64,000 nt of DNA from Eledone cirrhosa (lineage: Eukaryota): NCBI GenBank assembly GCA_964016885.1, contig OZ024741.1, forward strand, positions 409,820,001 through 409,884,000, in the 5' to 3' direction. The translations under genes and the position numbers were made by a program. The number at the start of each line of letters is the position of its first letter. Within the stretch, counting starts at the first letter, position 1. Positions 1-10,300 of the stretch are shown here, piece after piece. Below the pieces are notes generated by a model that saw only the letters and a program-made list of their open reading frames with translations, searched no databases and was not told the DNA's origin.

Positions 1-1280
1 TATCTGGTTTACAATAGGTACACTGTATCCCTGTGTATATCAAGTTTACTATAGGTACACTGCATCCCTGTGTATATCTGGTTTATAATAAGTAAACTGT
101 CTCCCTGGGTATATCTGGTTTACATTAGGTACACTGTATCCCAGTGTATATCAGGTTTACAATAGGTACACTGTATCCCTGCTGTATATCTGGTTTACAA
201 TAGGTACTCTGTATCTCAGTGTATATCTGGTTTACAATAGGTACACTGTATCCCTGTGTATATCTGGTTTACAATAAGTACACTGTATCCCTGTGTATAT
301 CTGGTTTACAATAGGTACACTGTATCCCTGGGTATATCGGGTTTATAATAGGTACACTGTATCACTGTGTATATCTGGTTTACAATAGGTACACTGTATC
401 CCAGTGTGTATCTGGTTTACAATAGGTACACTGTATACCTGTGTATATCAGGTTTACAATAGGTACACTGTATCTCAGTGTATATCTGGTTTACAATAGG
501 TACACTGTATCCCAGTGTATATCTGGTTTACGATAGGTACACTGTATCCCTGTGTATATCAGGTTTACAATAGGTACACTGTATCCCAGTATATATCAGG
601 TTTACAATAGGTACACTGTATCCCAGTGTATATCAGGTTTACAATAGGTACACAGTATCTCTGTATATCTGGTTTACAATAGGTACACTGTCTCCCTGTG
701 TATATCTGGTTTACAATAGGTACACTGTATCCCTGTGTATCTGGTTTACAATAGGTACACTGTATCCCTGGGTATATCTGGTTTACAATAGGTACACTGT
801 ATCCCAGTGTATATCTGGTTTACAATAGGTACACCGTATCCCTGTGTATGTCAGGTTTACAATAGGTCCACTGTATCCCTGTGTATCTGGTTTACAATAG
901 GTACACTGTATCCCTGTGTATATCTGGTTTACAATAGGTACACTGTATCCCTGGGTATATCAGGTTTACAATAGGTACACTGAATCCCTGTGTATATCTG
1001 GTTTACAATAGGTACACTGTATCCCTGGGTATATCTGGTTTACGATAGGTATACTGTATCCCTGTGTATATTTGGTTTACAATAGGTACACTGTATCCCA
1101 GTGTATATCAGGTTTACAATAGGTACACTGCATCCCTGTGTATATCTGGTTTATAATAAGTACACTGTCTCCCTAGGTATACCTGGTTTACATTAGGTAC
1201 ACTGTATCCCAGTGTATATCAGGTTTACAATAGGTACACTGTATCCCTGTGTATCTGGTTTACAATAGGTACACTGTATC
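1..1280. repeat. 37-bp satellite tandem array, left of the LINE insertion (continues beyond window start)
   Basis: Head-to-tail copies of TATATCTGGTTTACAATAGGTACACTGTATCCCTGTG with period 37 (TATC at 1 and 38), with 35- and 38-bp length variants. Confidence 0.98.
1273..1280 (+). repeat. Target-site duplication, left copy (ACTGTATC)
   Basis: The same 8-mer flanks the other end of the element at 3356-3363. Uninterrupted paralogous monomers (5858-5865, 9353-9360, 14353-14360) carry it once. Confidence 0.85.
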
Positions 1281-1299
1281 ATCATCATCATCATCATCA
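1278..1299 (-). repeat. (GAT)n / (ATC)7 3' tail of the LINE
   Basis: ATC x7 at 1278-1298 on the + strand; the first ATC is shared with the target site. Short tandem-repeat tails are characteristic of RTE, CR1 and L2 LINEs. Confidence 0.92.
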
Positions 1300-1307
1300 C
1301 CGTTTTA

Positions 1308-1340
1308 CGTCCGTTCTTCCACGCTAGCATGGGTTAGACG
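1308..1340 (-). other. Putative 3'-terminal RNA stem-loop of the LINE (RT recognition element)
   Basis: The sense RNA reads CGUCU-AAC-CCAUG-CUAG-CGUGG-AAGAAC-GGACG. This forms two 5-bp stems, each with one G-U wobble, ending about 8 nt before the (GAU)n tail. Confidence 0.65.
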
Positions 1341-1448
1341 GGTTGTCCTGTTGTGGGCAGTGTCTGGTCGGCTGACCATGCCTTGCTCATACAGGAACTG
1401 ATCTGGCTTGATTTCTACAGCTGGATGCCCTTCCTAACACCAACCTCA

Positions 1449-1543
1449 TTTACAGTGAGTGCTGGGTGCTTTTTCGTGGCGCCTACACGTCCACTTTACA
1501 GTGTGGGCTGGGTGCTATTTTGCCGTGGCACCTCCACGACCAC
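1449..1543. repeat. Diverged ~46-49 bp tandem duplication within the LINE 3'UTR
   Basis: TTTACAGTGAGTGCTGGGTGCTTTTTCGTGGCGCCTACACGTCCAC (1449-1494) aligns with TTTACAGTGTGGGCTGGGTGCTATTTTGCCGTGGCACCTCCACGACCAC (1495-1543). A G13 run follows at 1552-1564. Confidence 0.8.
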
Positions 1544-1581
1544 CTTGCGGTGGGGGGGGGGGGGCATATTGTTTATATGCT

Positions 1582-3354
1582 TCAGCATGTACCCATGGGA
1601 GGTCGGGTACCCTGTATTACTGTGTGACGCCAGAAGTCACGGTCGTGTGTCATTGACTTTGAGAGGTGTAGTTGGGTAAGGTCGGCTTTTATCACCTCAT
1701 CCCAAGTCATCTTGGGTCTCCCCACTCCGCGGTTCCCATCAACTTCTAGTGCTCTGCACCTTTTTATGCAGCTGTCATCCTTCATACGCATCACATGTCC
1801 ATACCAGCGTAACCGCCTCTCCTGCACGCAGCATTTGATTCCTCTTATGCTCAGTCTCTCTCTCAATTCATTTATGCTTTGTCGTTCACGTATATTACTG
1901 TTACACATCCATCGGAGCATGCAGGCTTCGTTTCTCTCTAATCTACGTAAGTCTTCCACCTTCAGCGCCCAGGTCTCACTACCATGCAACATCGCTGTTC
2001 GGATACACGCATCATACAGTCTGCCTTTCATTCTGAGGGAGAAGCCTTTTGCAGCTAGCAGTGGTAGTAGTTCCCTAAACTTCTTCCATCCCGTTCTTAC
2101 CCTAGTTATTGTACTTTCTGAGCACCCATCTCCGTTGCTAATTCGGTCACCTAGGTAGCAGAAGCTGTCTACTGTTTCTACAGGGCCCTCCCAGAGATTG
2201 GTGGTACTTGTTTCCTGTGGCTGTTTGCTTGCTGTTTCAGCACAGCTGCTGCATGTGAATCCTACATTCTTAATTAAGCTTCCTGAGATCCCGCTACATC
2301 TCTTGTGTACCCATTGTTTGCATTTGGGGCAAAGAATGGAGTTCCTACCTACACCTTTCCTACATACTGAGCAAGGCCATTTCCCTGAGGGGATCTGGGT
2401 TCTGTTTTCTCGTCTACTTATAAGGACCTTAGTCTTTGTCATGTTGACTTTGAGGCCCTTTCTCTCTAGTCCCTGCTTCCAGGTTTGGAATTTATTCTCT
2501 AGTTCTACCATAGATTCAGCTATGAGTGCGAGGTCATCAGCATACAGGAGTTCCCATGGGCATCCGGTCTTAAACTCCTCCGTTATTGCCTGCAGGACTA
2601 TGATGAACAGGAGAGGGCTAAGAACAGAGCCCTGGTGGACCCCAACCTGTACGCTAAATTCCTCGCTATACTCATTGCCAATCCTAACTTTGCTGACTGC
2701 TCCCCTATACATGGCTTGTACCGCTTTCACAAGCCATTCATCTACTCCTAGTTTTCTAAGAGCCCACCAGATTACTGCACGTGGAACTCTGTCAAAGGCT
2801 TTCTCAAGGTCGACAAATGCCAAGTAGAGTGGCTTACTTTTAGCTAGGTACTTTTCCTGTAATTGCCTCACAAGGAAGAGCGCATCAGTGGTGCCTTTCC
2901 CTGGTACAAACCCAAATTGCATCTCGTCTATATTCACCCGGTCCCTAATCAGCTGTGCTATAACTCTTTCTGTTACTTTCATGACCTGGTCCATCAACTT
3001 TATACCTCTATAGTTTCCTCTATCTAGTGCATCGCCTTTACCTTTGTAGCAGTTGACAATGATGCTACTGCACCAATCTTTTGGTATGGCCCCCTCTAGT
3101 ATTACCTGGTTAACGATACGTGTGGTTATAGTGTGACCTACAGACCCAGATGCCTTCAGCATCTCGGCAGCTATACCCGATGGACCGGTTGCCTTCCCTA
3201 TCTTCATATCTCTGATTGCCTTACTTACTACGCTGCCGCTGACTTGTACTGCTGGTCCCTCTATAGGGTCTACGTGGGGTAGGGTCTCTTCTTCCCATGC
3301 ATTCTCCTCATTTAGTAATCTATCATAATGACTCTTCCATGCATCTTTCTTCTC
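1582..3354 (-). CDS. RTE-type reverse transcriptase (ORF2), N-terminally truncated, with an internal PHD finger; the ORF track calls 1582-3207 from an internal Met
   Basis: RT motifs in order: GKATGPSGI, YRGIKL, QFGF..GKGTTDA, FVDLEKAFDRV, GVHQGSVLSPLLF, YADD (2533-2544), GLKVN..KTKV, FCYLG. My manual translation upstream of 3207 stays open to the junction (EKKDAWKSHYDRLLNEENAWEEETLPHVDPIEGPAVQVSGSVVSKAIRD-MK), resembling the RTE EN-RT linker. Stop TGA at 1582-1584. Confidence 0.93.
   Translation of the reverse strand, partial: EKKDAWKSHYDRLLNEENAWEEETLPHVDPIEGPAVQVSGSVVSKAIRDMKIGKATGPSGIAAEMLKASGSVGHTITTRIVNQVILEGAIPKDWCSSIIVNCYKGKGDALDRGNYRGIKLMDQVMKVTERVIAQLIRDRVNIDEMQFGFVPGKGTTDALFLVRQLQEKYLAKSKPLYLAFVDLEKAFDRVPRAVIWWALRKLGVDEWLVKAVQAMYRGAVSKVRIGNEYSEEFSVQVGVHQGSVLSPLLFIIVLQAITEEFKTGCPWELLYADDLALIAESMVELENKFQTWKQGLERKGLKVNMTKTKVLISRRENRTQIPSGKWPCSVCRKGVGRNSILCPKCKQWVHKRCSGISGSLIKNVGFTCSSCAETASKQPQETSTTNLWEGPVETVDSFCYLGDRISNGDGCSESTITRVRTGWKKFRELLPLLAAKGFSLRMKGRLYDACIRTAMLHGSETWALKVEDLRRLERNEACMLRWMCNSNIRERQSINELRERLSIRGIKCCVQERRLRWYGHVMRMKDDSCIKRCRALEVDGNRGVGRPKMTWDEVIKADLTQLHLSKSMTHDRDFWRHTVIQGTRPPMGTC
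2242..2373 (-). other. PHD-type (C4-H-C3) zinc finger inserted in the RT domain
   Basis: CSVC-x10-CPKC-KQWV-H-KR-C-x14-CSSC, i.e. C-x2-C-x10-C-x2-C-x4-H-x2-C-x14-C-x2-C. It includes the W-x-H motif and an aromatic residue (F) two positions before the last Cys pair. Confidence 0.8.
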
Positions 3355-3355
3355 A

Positions 3356-3363
3356 ACTGTATC
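3356..3363 (+). repeat. Target-site duplication, right copy (ACTGTATC)
   Basis: ...TTCTCA|ACTGTATC|TCTGGGTATATCTGG, after which the satellite resumes in register with the left flank. Confidence 0.85.
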
Positions 3364-4358
3364 TCTGGGTATATCTGGTTTACAATAGGTACACTGTATC
3401 CCTGGGTATATCAGGTTTACAATAGGTACACTGTATCCCTGTGTATATCTGGTTTACAATAGGTACACTGTATCCATGTGTATATCTGGTTTACAATAGG
3501 TACACTGTATCCCTGTATATCAGGTTTACTATAGGTATACTGTATCCCTGTGTATATCTGGTTTACAATAGGTACACTGTATCCCTGTGTGTATCTTGTT
3601 TACAATAGGTACACTGTATCCCTGGGTATATCGGGTTTATAATAGGTACACTGTATCCCTGTGTATCTGGTTTACAATAGGTACACTGTATCCCTGGGTA
3701 TATCTGGTTTACAATAGGTACACTGTATCCCTGGGTATATCAGGTTTACAATAGGTACACTGTATCCCTGTGTATATCTGGTTTACAATAGGTACACTGT
3801 ATCCATGGGTATATCTGGTTTACAATAGGTACACTGTATCCCTGTATATCAGGTTTACTATAGGTACACTGTATCCCTGTGTATATCTGGTTTACAATAG
3901 GTACACTGTATCCCAGTGTATATCTGGTTTACAATAGGTACACTGTATCCCTGGGTATATCGGGTTTATAATAGGTACACTGTATCACTGTGTATATCTG
4001 GTTTACAATAGGTACACTGTATCCCAGTGTGTATCTGGTTTACAATAGGTACACTGTATACCTGTGTATATCAGGTTTACAATAGGTACACTGTATCCCT
4101 TTGGTATATCTGGTTTACAATAGGTACACTGTATCCCTGTGTATATCAGGTTTACAATAGGTACACTGTATCCATGGGTATATCTGGTTTACAATAGGTA
4201 CACTGTATCCCTGTGTATATCTGGTTTACAATAGGTACACTGTATCCCTGGGTATATCAGGTTTACAATAGGTACACTGAATCCTTGTGTATATCTGGTT
4301 TACAATAGGTACACTGTATCCTTGGGTATATCTGGTTTACAATAGGTACACTGTATCC

Positions 4359-7300
4359 CTGTGTATATCAAGTTTACTATAGGTACACTGCATCCCTGTG
4401 TATATCTGGTTTATAATAAGTACACTGTCTCCCTGGGTATATCTGGTTTACATTAGGTACACTGTATCCCAGTGTATATCAGGTTTACAATAGGTACACT
4501 GTATCCCTGCTGTATATCTGGTTTACAATAGGTACTCTGTATCTCAGTGTATATCTGGTTTACAATAGGTACACTGTATCCCTGTGTATATCTGGTTTAC
4601 AATAAGTACACTGTATCCCTGTGTATATCTGGTTTACAATAGGTACACTGTATCCCTGGGTATATCTGGTTTACAATATGTACACTGTATCCCTGGGTAT
4701 ATCTGGTTTACAATAGGTACACTGTATCCCTGTATATCAGGTTTACTATAGGTACACTGTATCCCTGTGTATATCTGGTTTACAATAGGTACACTGTATC
4801 CCTGTGTATATCTGGTTTACAATAGGTACACTGTATCCCTGGGTATATCGGGTTTATAATAGGTACACTGTATCACTGTGTATATCTGGTTTACAATAGG
4901 TACACTGTATCCCAGTGTGTATCTGGTTTACAATAGGTACACTGTATACCTGTGTATATCAGATTTACAATAGGTACACTGTATCTCAGTGTATATCTGG
5001 TTTACAATAGGTACACTGTATCCCAGTGTATATCTGGTTTACGATAGGTACACTGTATCCCTGTGTATATCAGGTTTACAATAGGTACACTGTATCCCAG
5101 TATATATCAGGTTTACAATAGGTACACTGTATCCCAGTGTATATCAAGTTTACAATAGGTACACAGTATCGCTGTATATCTGGTTTACAATAGGTACACT
5201 GTCTCCCTGTGTATATCTGGTTTACAATAGGTACACTGTATCCCTGTGTATCTGGTTTACAATAGGTACACTGTATCCCTGGGTATATCTGGTTTACAAT
5301 AGGTACACTGTATCCCAGTGTATATCTGGTTTACAATAGGTACACCGTATCCCTGTGTATGTCAGGTTTACAATAGGTCCACTGTATCCCTGTGTATCTG
5401 GTTTACAATAGGTACACTGTATCCCTGTGTATATCTGGTTTACAATAGGTACACTGTATCCATGGGTATATCTGGTTTACAATAGGTACACTGTATCCCA
5501 GTGTGTTTCAGGTTTACAATAGGTACACTGTATCCCTGGGTATATCAGGTTTACAATAGGTACACTGAATCCCTGTGTATATCTGGTTTACAATAGGTAC
5601 ACTGTATCCCTGGGTATATCTGGTTTACGATAGGTACACTGTATCCCTGTGTATATTTGGTTTACAATAGGTACACTGTATCCCAGTGTATATCAGGTTT
5701 ACAATAGGTACACTGCATCCCTGTGTATATCTGGTTTATAATAAGTACACTGTCTCCCTAGGTATACCTGGTTTACATTAGGTACACTGTATCCCAGTGT
5801 ATATCAGGTTTACAATAGGTACACTGTATCCCTGTGTATCTGGTTTACAATAGGTACACTGTATCCCTGGGTATATCTGGTTTACAATAGGTACACTGTA
5901 TCCCTGGGTATATCAGGTTTACAATAGGTACACTGTATCCCTGTGTATATCTGGTTTACAATAGGTACACTGTATCCATGTGTATATCTGGTTTACAATA
6001 GGTACACTGTATCCCTGTATATCAGGTTTACTATAGGTATACTGTATCCCTGTGTTTATCTGGTTTACAATAGGTACACTGTATCCCTGTGTATATCTTG
6101 TTTACAATAGGTACACTGTATCCCTGGGTATATTCGGGTTTATAATAGGTACACTGTATCCCTGTGTATCTGGTTTACAATAGGTACACTGTATCCCTGG
6201 GTATATCTGGTTTACAATAGGTACACTGTATCCCTGGGTATATCAGGTTTACAATAGGTACACTGTATCCCTGTGTATATCTGGTTTACAATAGGTACAC
6301 TGTATCCATGGGTATATCTGGTTTACAATAGGTACACTGTATCCCTGTATATCAGGTTTACTATAGGTACACTGTATCCCTGTGTATATCTGGTTTACAA
6401 TAGGTACACTGTATCCCAGTGTATATCTGGTTTACAATAGGTACACTGTATCCCTGGGTATATCGGGTTTATAATAGGTACACTGTATCACTGTGTATAT
6501 CTGGTTTACAATAGGTACACTGTATCCCAGTGTGTATCTGGTTTACAATAGGTACACTGTATACCTGTGTATATCAGGTTTACAATAGGTACACTGTATC
6601 TCAGTGTATGTCTGGTCTACAATAGGTACACTGTATCCCAGTGTATATCTGGTTTACAATAGGTACACTGTATCCCTGTGTATATCAGGTTTACTATAGG
6701 TACACTGTATCCCTGTGTATATCTGGTTTTCAATAGGTACACTGTATCCTTGTGTTATATCTGGTTTACAATAGGTACACTGTATCCCTGTGTATATCTG
6801 GTTTACAATAAGTACACTGTATCTCTGGGTATATCTGGTTTACAATAGGTACACTGTATCCCTGTGTATATCAAGTTTACAATAGGTACACTGTATCCCT
6901 GTGTATATCAAGTTTACAATAGGTACACTGTATCCCTGTGTATATCTGGTTTACAATAGGTACACTGTATCCCTGTATATCAGGTTTACAATAGGTACAC
7001 TGTATCCCTGTGTATCTGGTTTACAATAGGTACACTGTATCCCTGGGTATATCAGGTTTACAATAGGTACACTGTATTCCAGTATATATCTGGTTTACAC
7101 TAGGTACACTGTATACCTGGGTATATCTGGTTTACAATAGGTACACTGAATCCCTGTATATCTGGTTTACAATAGGTACACTGTATCCCAGTGTATATCT
7201 GATTTACAATAGGTACACTGTATCCCTGTGTATATCTAGTTTACAATAGGTACACTGTATCCCTGTGTATATCTGGTTTACAATAGGTACACTGTATCCC

Positions 7301-10300
7301 TGTGTATATCTAGTTTACAATAGGTACACTGTACCACTGTGTATATCTGGTTTACAATAGGTACACTGAATCCCTGTATATCTGGTTTACAATAGGTACA
7401 CTGTATCCCTGTGTATATCAGGTTTACAATAGGTACACTGTATCCCTGTGTACATCTGGTTTACAATAGGTACACTGTATCCCAGTGAGTATCTGGTTTA
7501 CAATAGGTACACTGTATACCTGTGTATATCAGGTTTACTATAGGTACACTGTATCCCTGTGTATATCTGGTTTTCAATAGGTACACTGTATCCTTGTGTT
7601 ATATCTGGTTTACAATAGGTACACTGTATCCCTGTGTATATCTGGTTTACAATAAGTACACTGTATCCCTGGGTATATCTGGTTTACAATAGGTACACTG
7701 TATCCCTGTGCATATCAGGTTTACAATAGCTACCCTGTATCCCAGTATATATCTGGTTTACAATAGGTACACTGTATCCCAGTGTGTATCAGGTTTACAA
7801 TAGGTACACTGTATCACTGTATATATCTGGTTTTCAATAGGTACACTGTATCTCTGTGTATATCAAGTTTACTATAGGTACACTGCATCCCTGTGTATAT
7901 CTGGTTTATAATAAGTACACTGTCTCCCTGGGTATATCTGGTTTACATTAGGTACACTGTATCCCAGTGTATATCAGGTTTACAATAGGTACACTGTATC
8001 CCTGCTGTATATCTGGTTTACAATAGGTACTCTGTATCTCAGTGTATATCTGGTTTACAATAGGTACACTGTATCCCTGTGTATATCTGGTTTACAATAA
8101 GTACACTGTATCCCTGTGTATATCTGGTTTACAATAGGTACACTGTATCCCTGGGTATATCTGGTTTACAATATGTACACTGTATCCCTGGGTATATCTG
8201 GTTTACAATAGGTACACTGTATCCCTGTATATCAGGTTTACTATAGGTACACTGTATCCCTGTGTATATCTGGTTTACAATAGGTACACTGTATCCCTGT
8301 GTATATCTGGTTTACAATAGGTACACTGTATCCCTGGGTATATCGGGTTTATAATAGGTACACTGTATCACTGTGTATATCTGGTTTACAATAGGTACAC
8401 TGTATCCCAGTGTGTATCTGGTTTACAATAGGTACACTGTATACCTGTGTATATCAGATTTACAATAGGTACACTGTATCTCAGTGTATATCTGGTTTAC
8501 AATAGGTACACTGTATCCCAGTGTATATCTGGTTTACGATAGGTACACTGTATCCCTGTGTATATCAGGTTTACAATAGGTACACTGTATCCCAGTATAT
8601 ATCAGGTTTACAATAGGTACACTGTATCCCAGTGTATATCAAGTTTACAATAGGTACACAGTATCGCTGTATATCTGGTTTACAATAGGTACACTGTCTC
8701 CCTGTGTATATCTGGTTTACAATAGGTACACTGTATCCCTGTGTATCTGGTTTACAATAGGTACACTGTATCCCTGGGTATATCTGGTTTACAATAGGTA
8801 CACTGTATCCCAGTGTATATCTGGTTTACAATAGGTACACCGTATCCCTGTGTATGTCAGGTTTACAATAGGTCCACTGTATCCCTGTGTATCTGGTTTA
8901 CAATAGGTACACTGTATCCCTGTGTATATCTGGTTTACAATAGGTACACTGTATCCATGGGTATATCTGGTTTACAATAGGTACACTGTATCCCAGTGTG
9001 TTTCAGGTTTACAATAGGTACACTGTATCCCTGGGTATATCAGGTTTACAATAGGTACACTGAATCCCTGTGTATATCTGGTTTACAATAGGTACACTGT
9101 ATCCCTGGGTATATCTGGTTTACGATAGGTACACTGTATCCCTGTGTATATTTGGTTTACAATAGGTACACTGTATCCCAGTGTATATCAGGTTTACAAT
9201 AGGTACACTGCATCCCTGTGTATATCTGGTTTATAATAAGTACACTGTCTCCCTAGGTATACCTGGTTTACATTAGGTACACTGTATCCCAGTGTATATC
9301 AGGTTTACAATAGGTACACTGTATCCCTGTGTATCTGGTTTACAATAGGTACACTGTATCCCTGGGTATATCTGGTTTACAATAGGTACACTGTATCCCT
9401 GGGTATATCAGGTTTACAATAGGTACACTGTATCCCTGTGTATATCTGGTTTACAATAGGTACACTGTATCCATGTGTATATCTGGTTTACAATAGGTAC
9501 ACTGTATCCCTGTATATCAGGTTTACTATAGGTATACTGTATCCCTGTGTATATCTGGTTTACAATAGGTACACTGTATCCCTGTGTATATCTTGTTTAC
9601 AATAGGTACACTGTATCCCTGGGTATATTCGGGTTTATAATAGGTACACTGTATCCCTGTGTATCTGGTTTACAATAGGTACACTGTATCCCTGGGTATA
9701 TCTGGTTTACAATAGGTACACTGTATCCCTGGGTATATCAGGTTTACAATAGGTACACTGTATCCCTGTGTATATCTGGTTTACAATAGGTACACTGTAT
9801 CCATGGGTATATCTGGTTTACAATAGGTACACTGTATCCCTGTATATCAGGTTTACTATAGGTACACTGTATCCCTGTGTATATCTGGTTTACAATAGGT
9901 ACACTGTATCCCAGTGTATATCTGGTTTACAATAGGTACACTGTATCCCTGGGTATATCGGGTTTATAATAGGTACACTGTATCACTGTGTATATCTGGT
10001 TTACAATAGGTACACTGTATCCCAGTGTGTATCTGGTTTACAATAGGTACACTGTATACCTGTGTATATCAGGTTTACAATAGGTACACTGTATCTCAGT
10101 GTATGTCTGGTCTACAATAGGTACACTGTATCCCAGTGTATATCTGGTTTACAATAGGTACACTGTATCCCTGTGTATATCAGGTTTACTATAGGTACAC
10201 TGTATCCCTGTGTATATCTGGTTTTCAATAGGTACACTGTATCCTTGTGTTATATCTGGTTTACAATAGGTACACTGTATCCCTGTGTATATCTGGTTTA

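Larger units (their letters stand above)
1281..3355 (-). mobile_element. 5'-truncated RTE-clade non-LTR retrotransposon (LINE), about 2.08 kb
   Basis: Non-satellite block with a minus-strand RT ORF, a 3'UTR, a (GAT)n microsatellite tail and flanking 8-bp direct repeats. The C-terminal motifs AMLHGSETW, RRLRWYGHVMRM and RGVGRPKMTW..DL..DR..WR are typical of RTE ORF2. The AP-endonuclease domain is absent and the frame runs straight into the satellite junction. Confidence 0.95.

Noticed and set aside
1353-2827. Plus-strand ORFs 1353-1679, 1459-1656, 1712-2158 and 2198-2827
   Set aside because: They are antisense shadows of the LINE RT and 3'UTR, with non-ATG starts and no recognisable domains.
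3205-3207. ATG at 3207 as the true start of a standalone RT gene
   Set aside because: The frame stays open and RTE-like up to the junction at ~3355, so this is an internal Met of a 5'-truncated ORF2.
1582-3354. Bacterial RT system (retron, DGR, group II intron) or a telomerase-like RT synthesising the flanking repeat
   Set aside because: The motifs, tail and TSD identify an RTE LINE inserted into a pre-existing array. No copy of the 37-mer that could act as a template is present in the element; the shared TTTACA hexamer is too short to be meaningful.
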